NCBI GenBank assembly: GCA_964588985.1
Contig: CAZPQW010000012.1
Span: 1-46,863 of the forward strand
Source: an uncultured Solirubrobacteraceae bacterium
GTDB lineage: Bacteria; Actinomycetota; Thermoleophilia; Solirubrobacterales; Solirubrobacteraceae
Direction of reading: 5' to 3'
Length of the DNA stretch: 46,863 nucleotides
In this document: in pieces, positions 31,141 through 40,282 of the stretch
How the letters are laid out: each line of letters begins with the position of its first letter
How positions within the stretch are numbered: position 1 is the stretch's first letter
The notes under the pieces: model-generated
Seen by the model: the letters and a program-made list of their open reading frames with translations, nothing else
What the model was told of the DNA's origin: nothing
The model's database searches: none
Translations under genes and position numbers: made by a program

Positions 31141-31553
31141 CAGCGCACCTCGAGTGCTACCTCCCGCACCTCCGGGCCCTCGATCATGTAGCAGCGGACC
31201 TCCGGCTCCTCGTTCGCGAGACCGACGATCACCCACTCCAAACCCGGCCAGTTCGCCGCGAAGTTGATGTCCGTCTGCGACGGATACGGCGCGGTGTGGG
31301 TGTGGGAGTGGTAGATCGCCCCCAGCTCCCAACCCTCGTCCTCGAACTCGTTCAGCGTCCGCAGCAGCTCCTTGCCGTCGATCTCGAAGCGCTTGCGGCT
31401 CGCGTAGATGTTCTCCGCTCGGTGGACCCGCGTCGCATCCCCCGTGCCGTCGTCCTTCAAGCTCGCGTAGGCCACCATCCCGCAGCACTCCGCGTCGTAC
31501 TCCTCGCGCGCATGCGCCACGATGTCCTCCAGCAGGGCGGCGGAGATGACCAT
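31140..31553 (-). CDS. mec: JAMM/M67 metallopeptidase (Mec-like CysO-cysteine peptidase)
   Basis: ECCG and the JAMM motif YHSHTHTAPYPSQTD (HxH-x7-S-x2-D). Confidence 0.9.
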   Translation of the reverse strand: MVISAALLEDIVAHAREEYDAECCGMVAYASLKDDGTGDATRVHRAENIYASRKRFEIDGKELLRTLNEFEDEGWELGAIYHSHTHTAPYPSQTDINFAANWPGLEWVIVGLANEEPEVRCYMIEGPEVREVALEVR

Positions 31554-31599
31554 CAGGAAGCCGTGCTCGCGGGCGAGCCGTGACGCGCCGCCGCCACCT

Positions 31600-32571
31600 C
31601 TACCACCAGACGGTCGACTCGAGGTTCTCGATCTCGTCCACCGGCAACGTGTACAGGCCGCTGGAGAGGTACTTCCAGCCGTCGTCCGCCACCACGAACA
31701 CCACGTTGCCCTCGTCCAGCTCGTTAGCGATCCGCACCGCGATCGACGCGATCGCGCCGCTCGAGACGCCCGCGAACACGCCCTCCTCGTCGAGCAGGCG
31801 CCGCGTCCACACGATCGCGTCGTGGTTCGTCACGAAGATCTTGCGGTCGAGCAGCGAGATGTCGATGATCGGCGGGATGAAGCCGTCGTCCAGGGAGCGC
31901 AGACCCTGCACCGGCTCGCCCTGCATCGGCTCCGCCGCCACGATCTTCACCGCGTCGCCAAGCGTCTCCTTCAGCCGCCGGCCGTTGCCCATCAGCGTCC
32001 CGCCCGTGCCAAGGCCCGCGACGAACGCGGTGATCTCGTCGAGCTCTTCGAGGATCTCGAGCGCCGTGCCGTTGTAGTGGGCGGCAGGGTTCGCCGGGTT
32101 GCCGTACTGGTATGGCATGTAGCAGGAGGGGTCCGCCGCGGCCAGCTCCAGCGACATCGCCACCGCGCCGTTCGACCCCTGGTCGCCCGGCGAGTACACG
32201 ATCTCCGCGCCATACATCTTCAGCAGCTGTGTGCGCTCGGGCGTCACGTTCTCCGGCATCACCACCTTCAGGCGGTAGCCCTTCAGTTTGCAGATCAGCG
32301 CCAGCGAGATCCCCGTGTTTCCAGATGTGGGTTCGAGGATCGTCTGGCCGGGGCTCAGGGCGCCTTTCTCCTCCGCGTCTTCGATCAGCGCCCGGGCCAC
32401 CCTGTCCTTGACCGAGCCGGTCGGGTTGTGCGACTCGAGCTTCGCCCAGATGTGCACGCCGGGCTTGGGCGAGAGGTGCGGAAGCTCGACCAGCGGCGTG
32501 TTGCCGATCGACTGCACGATGTCGCCATAACGACCACCGCAGGGCCTGTTCCTGAGCCGCTCAACCGCCAT
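31600..32571 (-). CDS. cysM: PLP-dependent cysteine synthase, CysM type
   Basis: Motifs IGNTPLV, KLESHNPTGSVKDR, EPTSGNTG, GLGTGGT and DDGWKYLS; next to mec as in the mycobacterial mec-cysO-cysM pathway. Confidence 0.9.
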   Translation of the reverse strand: MAVERLRNRPCGGRYGDIVQSIGNTPLVELPHLSPKPGVHIWAKLESHNPTGSVKDRVARALIEDAEEKGALSPGQTILEPTSGNTGISLALICKLKGYRLKVVMPENVTPERTQLLKMYGAEIVYSPGDQGSNGAVAMSLELAAADPSCYMPYQYGNPANPAAHYNGTALEILEELDEITAFVAGLGTGGTLMGNGRRLKETLGDAVKIVAAEPMQGEPVQGLRSLDDGFIPPIIDISLLDRKIFVTNHDAIVWTRRLLDEEGVFAGVSSGAIASIAVRIANELDEGNVVFVVADDGWKYLSSGLYTLPVDEIENLESTVWW

Positions 32572-32677
32572 TACTTCACGGAATATAGCGAGGTATGGGA
32601 CACCGTTGGGAAGGGCTCCTCGCAGGGCCTCGGCGGCGAGGCGAACCCGCTCTCGTGGGAGGTGTGCTGGCCGACGC

Positions 32678-32929
32678 TCAGGTGCCGGCCGGATGCACGA
32701 GGGCCGCACGCAGCCGTCGGTGCTCCTCGACGTCGATCTCGCCGGATGCGAGACGCCGGTCGAGGATCTCACCGGCCGACACGTCCGGGACCGTACGGTG
32801 ACGCTCTGGGCGAGTGCGCAGATCCTGCACCAGCCACAGGATGAAGGCGATGATCAGCCCCCAGATCACGATGTTGCCGAGCGCCATGAAGACCCAGCCC
32901 CCAGCGTCCATGTGGTGCTGGTAGAACAT
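32678..32929 (-). CDS. SHOCT-domain small membrane protein
   Basis: One TM followed by EILDRRLASGEIDVEEHRRLRAAL; TAGGCT 7 nt before the ATG. Confidence 0.85.
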   Translation of the reverse strand: MFYQHHMDAGGWVFMALGNIVIWGLIIAFILWLVQDLRTRPERHRTVPDVSAGEILDRRLASGEIDVEEHRRLRAALVHPAGT

Positions 32930-33097
32930 GCCACTCAGCCTAGGTCGGGCTATGTCGGTGGATATCTGGCTTCCGCCGCACATCCGATACGGAGAACTAC
33001 GCGAAGATCTCGCATCTCTTCGTCCGAGTTGGCCATGCAGCCAGTCCAAGCACTAAGATCCGGGACGTTCACACGAGCTCGAGGGGGCTGACCAAGC

Positions 33098-34738
33098 ATG
33101 GCGAGAGAGCAGGGATTCGACTACGACTGGCTGATCGTCGGCTCCGGCTTCGGCGGCAGCGTCTCCGCGCTGCGCCTGTCGGAGAAGGGCTACTCGGTGG
33201 GCGTGCTCGAGTGCGGCAGGCGCTTCGCCGACAACGAGTTCCCAAGTTCGACCGCTGACCTCAAACGCTACTTCTGGAACCCACGCCTGGGCATGAAGGG
33301 CATCTTCCGGCTGACCACCTTCAAAGACGTCTCCGTCGTCTCCGGCTGCGGCGTCGGCGGCGGCAGCCTCGGCTACGCCAACACCCTCTACGTGCCGCCG
33401 AAGCCGTTCTTCGAAGACCGCCAGTGGGCGGGAATGCAGGACTGGGAGAACGTGCTCGCCCCCCACTACGCCGAAGCGCAGCGCATGCTCGGCGTGGTCG
33501 AAAACCCACACGAGGACCCTGCCGACCAGCTGCTGCGAGACCTCGGCCGCGAGCTCGGTGTGGACGACACCTACAAACGCACCCCTGTCGGCATCTACTT
33601 CGGCGAGCCGGGCAAGACCGTCAGCGACCCGTTCTTCGACGGCGAGGGGCCGGACCGCACCGGCTGCCACCTGTGCGGGCGCTGCATGGTCGGCTGTCAG
33701 CACGGCGCGAAGAACACGCTCGTCAAGAACTACCTCTACTTCGCCGAGAAGCGCGGCGCACGCGTGATGCCCGAACGCACCGTCGTCGACATCCGCCCAA
33801 TCGGCGCCGCCGACGGCAGCGACGGCTACGAGATCGAAAGCGTGCGCTCCGGTGCGTGGCTGCGCAAGCAGCGCCAGGTGCACCGCGCCCGCGGCGTGGT
33901 CGTCTCCGCCGGACCGCTCGGCACCAACAGGCTGCTGCAGAAATGCCGCCTCGAAGGGTCGCTGCCGCGCATCTCCGCGCGTCTCGGCGAGCTCGTGCGG
34001 ACCAACTCCGAGTCGATCCTCACGGTCACCGTGCCCGAGCACTACAAGGACGACCTCGTCAAGCGCGTCGCCATCACCTCCTCGATCTACCCCGACCCGA
34101 ACACCCACATCGAGACCGTCACCTACGGTGACGACGGCAACTCCATGCGGCTGCTCTACACGCTGCTCACCGGTGACGGCACACGCGTCACGCGACCGTT
34201 GAAGCTGTTCACGCAGATCGCCCGCCACCCCAAACGCCTCGCTGAAGTGCTGTTCGCCAAACACTGGTCGCGACGCACGATCATCCTGCTCGTTATGCAG
34301 ACGCTCGACAACGCGATCGCGCTGCGACCGCGCAAAGGGCCGTTCGGCTCCTTCTGGCTGCAAACCGAGCAGGACCCCGAGCGGCCCAACCCGACGTTCA
34401 TCCCGATCGCCAACAAGGCCGCCGAATGGTTCGCGGAGCGCACCGGCGGCATCGCCCAGAGCTCGTTCACCGAGGCGATGTTCAACATCCCCTCCACCGC
34501 TCACATCCTCGGCGGCGCGGTGATCTCATCCGACCCCAGCCAGGGCGTCGTGGACGCCAACCAGCACGTCTTCGGCTACGAGAACCTGCTCGTCTGCGAC
34601 GGGTCCGCGGTACCTGCCAACGTCGGAGTGAACCCGTCGCTCACCATCACCGCGCTCGCCGAGCACGCGATGAGCCAGATCCCGGCGGTGGGGATGGCGG
34701 CGGGAACGCAGGAGACTCAGAGCGGGATCGCCGCCTAG
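33098..34738 (+). CDS. GMC oxidoreductase, cholesterol oxidase (ChoD)-like
   Basis: Motifs GSGFGG, GVGGGSLGYANTLY, CHLCGRCMVGC, TAHILGG and GVNPSLTITALAE. Confidence 0.88.
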   Translation: MAREQGFDYDWLIVGSGFGGSVSALRLSEKGYSVGVLECGRRFADNEFPSSTADLKRYFWNPRLGMKGIFRLTTFKDVSVVSGCGVGGGSLGYANTLYVPPKPFFEDRQWAGMQDWENVLAPHYAEAQRMLGVVENPHEDPADQLLRDLGRELGVDDTYKRTPVGIYFGEPGKTVSDPFFDGEGPDRTGCHLCGRCMVGCQHGAKNTLVKNYLYFAEKRGARVMPERTVVDIRPIGAADGSDGYEIESVRSGAWLRKQRQVHRARGVVVSAGPLGTNRLLQKCRLEGSLPRISARLGELVRTNSESILTVTVPEHYKDDLVKRVAITSSIYPDPNTHIETVTYGDDGNSMRLLYTLLTGDGTRVTRPLKLFTQIARHPKRLAEVLFAKHWSRRTIILLVMQTLDNAIALRPRKGPFGSFWLQTEQDPERPNPTFIPIANKAAEWFAERTGGIAQSSFTEAMFNIPSTAHILGGAVISSDPSQGVVDANQHVFGYENLLVCDGSAVPANVGVNPSLTITALAEHAMSQIPAVGMAAGTQETQSGIAA

Positions 34739-34751
34739 CTCGATTGCCTGT

Positions 34752-35222
34752 TCAGCCGCGCGCGAGGAACTCGTCCAGGCCGGCGCGCGCCTGGCGCGTG
34801 ACCTTCCCGTGGATGATCGGCGTCCAACCGAGCACGAGACCCGGTGGTCCCAGCGCCTGACGCGACCACGCGTAGAAAGAGAACGAGTCGCGGTGCTCGG
34901 CGATCAAACCGTCGCGGAAGCAGAACTCCGCACGCACGTCGTTGTGGACCTTGCGGCCGGTCGTGGAGAACGTGTAGTCGGCCAGCCAGTGCGCGCTTCC
35001 GCGCTCCTCACCGGCCTCGTGCTCGAGCAGCTTCACCTCGAGATCCTCCGCGCGCCCGGTCAGCATCCGCCACATAGCACCGGGCTCCGCTCCCCGCAGA
35101 CCGGAGAACACCGGGTCTGAGAAGGTCGCGTCCGGCGTGTAGCAGGCGGACATCGCGTCGCCGTCGCGTCGTGCGAAGGCCGTGTAGAAACGCTCGATCA
35201 GCTCGTCGTTTGGATGACCCAT
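34752..35222 (-). CDS. SnoaL/NTF2-like protein
   Basis: LIERFYTAFARRDGDAMSACYTPDATFSDPVF...GLIAEHRD. Confidence 0.88.
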   Translation of the reverse strand: MGHPNDELIERFYTAFARRDGDAMSACYTPDATFSDPVFSGLRGAEPGAMWRMLTGRAEDLEVKLLEHEAGEERGSAHWLADYTFSTTGRKVHNDVRAEFCFRDGLIAEHRDSFSFYAWSRQALGPPGLVLGWTPIIHGKVTRQARAGLDEFLARG

Positions 35223-35231
35223 CGGCTCACC

Positions 35232-36317
35232 CTACCCGGGAAGCGCGCGCCGCAGCATCTGTCGATAGACCGAACGGTACTGGCGTCCCAGACGGCCGCT
35301 GTTGTAGGGCAGTCCGTGACGTTCGCACACCGCCCTCACTTTCGGCGCGATTTCCGCGTAGCGGTTGCTCGGGAGGTCTGGGAACAGGTGGTGCTCGATC
35401 TGAAACGACAGGTTGCCGCTCATGAGGTGAAAGAGCCGACCGCCCTCCAGGTTGCACGAGCCGAGCAGCTGACGCCGATACCAGCCACCGCGCGTCTCGC
35501 CGAGACACTCCTCCTCGGTGAACGTCTCCGCGCCCTCGGGGATATGCCCGCAGAAGACGATCGTGTGCACCCACACGTTGCGGATCACGTTCGCCGCGAC
35601 GTTTCCAGCCAGCGCCCTGCGCACCCCCCTGCGACCCGCAAGCGACGGGAAGAGAACGTAGTCCTTGAGGATCTGGCCGCGTGCCTTGCGCGCCAGCGCG
35701 AGGATCTCCCCGCGCGCCCTGGCCCGCGACTTCTCACCCCTGCGCACAGCGTCGAGCTCCAGGTCATACAGCGCGATGCCCCACTCGAAGACCAGCGCCA
35801 TCAAGAAGAAGTACAGCGGCTGAGCGAGGTAGACCGGATGCCACGGCTGCTCAGCCTCGACGCGCATCGCCGAGTAGCCCAGATCGCGGTCACGCCCGAG
35901 AACGTTCGTGTAGAAGTGGTGCTGGAAGTTGTGCGCGTACTTCCACGACTCCGCCGTCGAGGCAGCATCCCACTCCCACGAAGCCGAGTTGATGTCCGGG
36001 TCCTGCATCCAGTCCCACTGGCCGTGCATCACGTTGTGGCCAAGCTCCATGTTCTCCAGGATCTTCGCCAACGCCAACACCGCCGTGCCGAGAACAGCCG
36101 CGGGAGCAAAGCGAGCCCCCAACAGCAGCACGCGCCCCGCCACCTCGAGGTGACGCTGAACCGCGATCACGCGAGTGATGTATGCGCGGTCACCGGCGCC
36201 GAGATCAGCGCGTACCGCGTCACCGATCGCGTCGAGCTCACGCGCGAGCGCCTCGAACGGATCGCATGGGAGCGCGGGGAGCGTCGGCTCCTCCCGCACC
36301 GAGGTCGGCGGCTGCAT
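35232..36317 (-). CDS. Membrane acyl-CoA desaturase (DesA3-like)
   Basis: Three His boxes: HNVMH, HNFQHH and QIEHH. Confidence 0.92.
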   Translation of the reverse strand: MQPPTSVREEPTLPALPCDPFEALARELDAIGDAVRADLGAGDRAYITRVIAVQRHLEVAGRVLLLGARFAPAAVLGTAVLALAKILENMELGHNVMHGQWDWMQDPDINSASWEWDAASTAESWKYAHNFQHHFYTNVLGRDRDLGYSAMRVEAEQPWHPVYLAQPLYFFLMALVFEWGIALYDLELDAVRRGEKSRARARGEILALARKARGQILKDYVLFPSLAGRRGVRRALAGNVAANVIRNVWVHTIVFCGHIPEGAETFTEEECLGETRGGWYRRQLLGSCNLEGGRLFHLMSGNLSFQIEHHLFPDLPSNRYAEIAPKVRAVCERHGLPYNSGRLGRQYRSVYRQMLRRALPG

Positions 36318-36326
36318 CGGCGGGAT

Positions 36327-36346
36327 CGTATGGGTAAAGCCATACG
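36327..36346. promoter_or_regulatory. Palindrome overlapping the desaturase -10, probable repressor operator
   Basis: CGTATGG-N6-CCATACG; the -10 TACGAT (minus strand 36330-36325) lies 7 nt before the ATG. Confidence 0.5.
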
Positions 36347-36365
36347 TGAGATCTACGGGCCTCGG

Positions 36366-36863
36366 TCAGTCCGCGGCCGATGACCCGCTGTCGGTGTCGG
36401 TGAGCGCGGCGATGTCTTCGAGATCCACCTGACGCGCGCTCGCACGCTTCATGCTGATCAGGTCGTCGAGCCCCGCGACCGCGAGCGTGAGATCGCCGAG
36501 CTGGATCTCGAGAGCGCGACCGCGAAGCGCGTCGTAGGAAGGCGCGCCGGGCGCGTCATGGAGCACGTCGACGGCTCCGTGGCGAGTCGCGAACTGCCAC
36601 AGTGACGCGAGCGGTAGCGTCGTCGCGTCGATCTTCATGAGCTCGCTGCCAGGGTTGAGGATCTCGGCGCCGAGCGAGTTCAGCGCATCCGCGAGCCGCT
36701 TCATGTTGGCTCTGTCGGGGCGGGGCAGGACATCGATGTCGACCGTCGTGCGCACGTGTCCGTGCGTCTGCACCGCGAGACCGCCTACGATCACGTAGTC
36801 CACGCCGCGACTGGCGAGGGCCGCGAGGATGCGCTCGGCGTCCAGCGGCGTGTCACGGCCCAC
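36366..36863 (-). CDS. Minimal nucleotidyltransferase (AbiEii/DUF6036-like), putative toxin
   Basis: VGGLAVQTHGHVRTTVDID (GG-x-A...R-x-T-x-D-x-D) and the C-terminal KRASARQVDLED. Confidence 0.8.
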   Translation of the reverse strand: MGRDTPLDAERILAALASRGVDYVIVGGLAVQTHGHVRTTVDIDVLPRPDRANMKRLADALNSLGAEILNPGSELMKIDATTLPLASLWQFATRHGAVDVLHDAPGAPSYDALRGRALEIQLGDLTLAVAGLDDLISMKRASARQVDLEDIAALTDTDSGSSAAD

Positions 36864-37185
36864 CCCGTGCCTCCGCTCCCGCCTTGCGCAGACGTCCTGC
36901 CAGGCGGTTGGCCGAGATCGCCAGCTCCAGTCGCTGCGATGGCGAGCGTCGCCGCGACGCCGCGAGGTGCACGGGGTCCCATCTGCCGGTCAGCCGGCGC
37001 GCCGTGAGCTCGGGCTCGTAGCCCATCGCGAGTAGCAGTGCTCGAACCGTCTCCCAGTTGGGCGCCGCGAGGCCACTCTCGATGCGACTCACCGCGGCCT
37101 GTGTGAGGCCGGCTCGGCGTGCAAGCGCGCGCTGGCTGAGGGAAGCCTCTTCGCGATGGTTGCGGATCATCTCCCCCGGTGACAT
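36853..37185 (-). CDS. XRE/HTH_3 regulator, putative antitoxin
   Basis: LSQRALARRAGLTQAAVSRIESG; overlaps the NTase gene by 11 nt. Confidence 0.85.
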   Translation of the reverse strand: MSPGEMIRNHREEASLSQRALARRAGLTQAAVSRIESGLAAPNWETVRALLLAMGYEPELTARRLTGRWDPVHLAASRRRSPSQRLELAISANRLAGRLRKAGAEARGGP

Positions 37186-37204
37186 GATATAGATAACTAT
37201 ATCA
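37185..37204. promoter_or_regulatory. Perfect 8-bp inverted repeat, autoregulatory operator of the XRE-NTase pair
   Basis: TGATATAG-ATAA-CTATATCA overlapping the -10 (TATAGT, minus strand) and the start codon. Confidence 0.7.
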
Positions 37205-38806
37205 GTGTCCGACGATGGTTTCGGCGCTGAGGAGCGACCCACTGCGCACCCGCAGCCGAGCCGCCCCGCGGATCGCGACCAGCGCGTTGAGCACCCCGTA
37301 GCCGTCGGCCCGCAAGCGCCGCACCGTGCGCCAGACGCCGCCGCGCTCGAGCCGCTGAAGCACGACCGCCTGACGCGGCTTCCCCAGCACGGCCCACACG
37401 CGCACCCGCCGACTGTTCACGCGCAGCGGGTCGAACGGCAGCTCGAAGCCGCGCAGGAACGCCTTCGGTGTGGCGCTTTCCAGATCGCCGCCCACCCCTG
37501 CGCTGTAGAGCCCCGCGGGCCGTGGGTATTCGACGATCCCGCCCGTCGGCGCGCTCACGCGCACCCCGGGGAACGGGTCGACGAGGAACTGCCACGTCAC
37601 GAGACCCACGCCCGCGACCCACAGCCGATGCAGCGCGCGCGAAACCCACTGCGCCTGCACCGCGGGCGCCACCCCACCGGGCGCCTGAGGCGCGCTTTCC
37701 CAGTTGAGCTCCGTCACCCATACCGGCTTCCCGCCCGCCGGGAGCGCCTTGCGCAACCGCTCAGCCTCCCCCAGCAGCCGCGTCACCTTGGCTGCGTCCG
37801 CGATCGACACGTCCAGCGAGGAGACCGCCGGCCGGTCGGGATTGCCGATCGACAGCGGGTGGTAGGCGAGCACGTCGAAGTGCGGCGGCTCGGCGCAGCC
37901 CGTGCTGACCGCCCTCCCCGTGCGACTCGTTCCCAGGCACAGCATCCGCCGCAGGAACACGATCGGCGCCATCCGCCCTTCGCCAGCGGGATCGCCGTTG
38001 GGCGCGACACCCGCCGCCACCACGGTCGCGTGCGGCTGGACCGACTTCACGCCCGCGTAGAACGCGTTCAGCATCTGCCGGTAGAGCAGCGGAGAGAACG
38101 CGCTCCACCGCCCTCCCTGCACGACCCACTGCGGCTCGAGATAGCGCGCGAGGTTCGGCTCGTTCCACGCCTGGAACAGGGTCACGCGAGGCAGCACGCC
38201 GCCCGGTGCGGCGTCGTCATGGAACGAGCCGTCATAGCGACGCGCGAGCGCCGCAGCGAACTGCCCGAGCGCCTTCGGGCTCGGCCCCCAGCTGCCGAGG
38301 TACGCGTACCGCCAGCGACCGGGCGCTTCGGCGAACGCGGGGGCATGGGAGACCACCAGCAGCGGGTGCAGGCCAGACGACTCGGCGCTGATCACCGCCG
38401 CGTCCGTCAGCGCGAAGCGGTACGCGGGGCTCGCGGAGTCACGCGCGTCGAAGCTCGCAGGCGGGGCGGCGACCACCGATTCGCGCCAGTCGACCGGGAT
38501 GCGCACCATCGTCGCTCCGGCTTCGCGGATGCGCGCGAGCGCGAGCGCACGCACCTGCGCATCGGTGCTCAGCAGCAGCGTGCCATCCGAGACGCCGCGC
38601 ACGAGTCCGCCGCGCGGGAACGGCCCGAAGAGCAGTGCGCGGTCCTGCGCGCGCGGTAACGCTCCGGGCGTGGCTGGAGGCGCGGCGCCGATCCGCGGTG
38701 TTACGCCATAGGGCCGCGGTGGCCCTTCCGGTCCTGTGCGCGATGGAACCGGCAGCACCGGCGGCGGCGCGAGCCACAGGGCCGCGCTCAGCGCGAGCCC
38801 GAGCAC
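37202..38806 (-). CDS. Secreted clan GH-A glycoside hydrolase-like protein (GH5/GH39-like)
   Basis: Signal peptide, acid/base WNEPN, DVLAYHP and nucleophile WVTE. Confidence 0.72.
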   Translation of the reverse strand: MLGLALSAALWLAPPPVLPVPSRTGPEGPPRPYGVTPRIGAAPPATPGALPRAQDRALLFGPFPRGGLVRGVSDGTLLLSTDAQVRALALARIREAGATMVRIPVDWRESVVAAPPASFDARDSASPAYRFALTDAAVISAESSGLHPLLVVSHAPAFAEAPGRWRYAYLGSWGPSPKALGQFAAALARRYDGSFHDDAAPGGVLPRVTLFQAWNEPNLARYLEPQWVVQGGRWSAFSPLLYRQMLNAFYAGVKSVQPHATVVAAGVAPNGDPAGEGRMAPIVFLRRMLCLGTSRTGRAVSTGCAEPPHFDVLAYHPLSIGNPDRPAVSSLDVSIADAAKVTRLLGEAERLRKALPAGGKPVWVTELNWESAPQAPGGVAPAVQAQWVSRALHRLWVAGVGLVTWQFLVDPFPGVRVSAPTGGIVEYPRPAGLYSAGVGGDLESATPKAFLRGFELPFDPLRVNSRRVRVWAVLGKPRQAVVLQRLERGGVWRTVRRLRADGYGVLNALVAIRGAARLRVRSGSLLSAETIVGH

Positions 38807-38828
38807 ATGCGCGCCGATCGTCCCGCCC

Positions 38829-39892
38829 CTAGTGCAGCGAGACGGTACGACGGCCCAGGCTCAACCTCTGACCGCCGCTGGTGCGCAGGGTGGTCACGAG
38901 GGTTGCCTTCACACGGCCCGCGGTCTTGAGCTTGCCGCGTCCGTGCTTGGTGAGCTTGAGGTGAACGGTCACGTTGCCCGCCGCCGTGGCCGTTGTCACA
39001 CCGCGCGCCAGCAGCAGTGCCGGCTTGGCGTGGTGCTTGCTCTTGCTCGATGCGTAGGCCGGTGGCGTTCCACCCTGCAGGTAGAGGTCCTGCGTGACCG
39101 TGCCGGGCTGGTTTATGCCCACCACGTCGCTCAGGCCGAGCTTCAGCAGCTTGTGAATCGTGGAGTGGATGAATTTGACGATCACTCCCTGCAGAGCTGG
39201 CGGAGCCGGCGGTGGCGGCGGAGGCGCGGGGCAGGCACCTACCGGGCGCTCGGTTCGCTCGTGTACGTGTAGGTCGCTTCGCCGGGGAGAGGCGTTTTGA
39301 GGGACTCGACCGCGCCGACGTTCTCGCCGAGCGAGAGCGGGAGGAGGAAGCTACCGCCGAAGGTCGTGCCCGACAGCGTTTTCACCTGCGGTTCGCCGTA
39401 GCTCGTCTGATGGACGCCGGTGACGTGCCCGTAAGGGTCCCGCTTCAGGACCTTGCTGTTGAAGAACCCTTCGACCGTGAAGCCGGACGTGTTCGCACCC
39501 GAGAAGTTCGTCGAGCCCGAGCACACGGTCGGGTCGAGTGTCGGCAGACCGTCGTAGACGATCGATCCGATCGTGTTCCCGACGGGCGATTCGAGGGTGA
39601 CGAGATCGCCCACCTGCGGTACCTGCGAGATCCACGCGCCGCCTTCGCCGACGTCTCTGTAGACGGTCGTTCCGGCCCGGACGATCGAGACGGCGACCTG
39701 AGCATTCGGTTCCACGCGCCCGCTGGTCGACGCGACCGATTCGTATTCCGGCAGCGTCGTCTCGCCCTCGCTCACGTTGAGGAAGTACTTCGGGCCGTGG
39801 GCGCTCGCCCAGGCAGCCGTGGGCACGGCGGTCGCGCCGAGCGCGAGCGCCGCAACGAGAGAAGCACGCAGGGAAATGCCGTTCGTTCTCAT
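38829..39892 (-). pseudogene. Secreted protein split by a 1-nt frameshift near 39254 (pseudogene or sequence error)
   Basis: Adding one A to GAACC joins ORFs 39239..39928 and 38829..39185 via ...YTSETERPVGACPAPPPPPPAPPALQGVIVKF..., giving about 354 aa. Confidence 0.75.
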
Positions 39893-39990
39893 AGATCGCA
39901 TCCCATTCGTCCGCTTACGGGCAAGCACTTAGGTCCAGGCCGCGAACCTGGACGCGAAGCGTAGAAGGGGGTGCGGCGGAAAACCGAGGG

Positions 39991-40269
39991 CTAGAACTCC
40001 CCGCCGGCCATGGCCGGCAGAATCACGAGTGTGTCGCCGGCGCCGACGGCGGTGTCGAGCCCGTCGAGGACGCGCACGTCCTCGTCGTTGAGGTACACGT
40101 TCACGTAGCGGTTGAGCTCGCCCTCGGCGGAGAACAGCTGATCCTGCGTGGCGGGGTGGTTCGCCGCGAGGTCGCGCAGCACGTCGCCGACGTTCTCGCC
40201 GGAAGCGTCCACCTGCTTCTCGCCGCCAACGGACGCGCGCAGCACTGGAGGAATCTTGATCGTGGCCAT
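39991..40269 (-). CDS. Ubiquitin-like sulfur carrier (CysO/MoaD/ThiS family) ending GG-EF
   Basis: MATIKIPPVLR...RYVNVYLNDEDVR...ILPAMAGGEF; immediately downstream of moeZ. Confidence 0.9.
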   Translation of the reverse strand: MATIKIPPVLRASVGGEKQVDASGENVGDVLRDLAANHPATQDQLFSAEGELNRYVNVYLNDEDVRVLDGLDTAVGAGDTLVILPAMAGGEF

Positions 40270-40282
40270 GTGAGCGCGCAGA

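Noticed and set aside
31141-31488. 243-aa version of the DUF2007-like gene
   Set aside because: The extension overlaps mec out of frame; TGATG coupling gives the start at 31140.
32955-33005. TACG-containing repeats upstream of the SHOCT gene as a response-regulator site
   Set aside because: Too degenerate to call, and no two-component genes are in the window.
39240-39262. Programmed -1 ribosomal frameshift
   Set aside because: No slippery heptamer; a single-base deletion or sequencing error is simpler.
32572-39990. Prophage, ICE or transposon
   Set aside because: No integrase, transposase, att repeats or phage genes.
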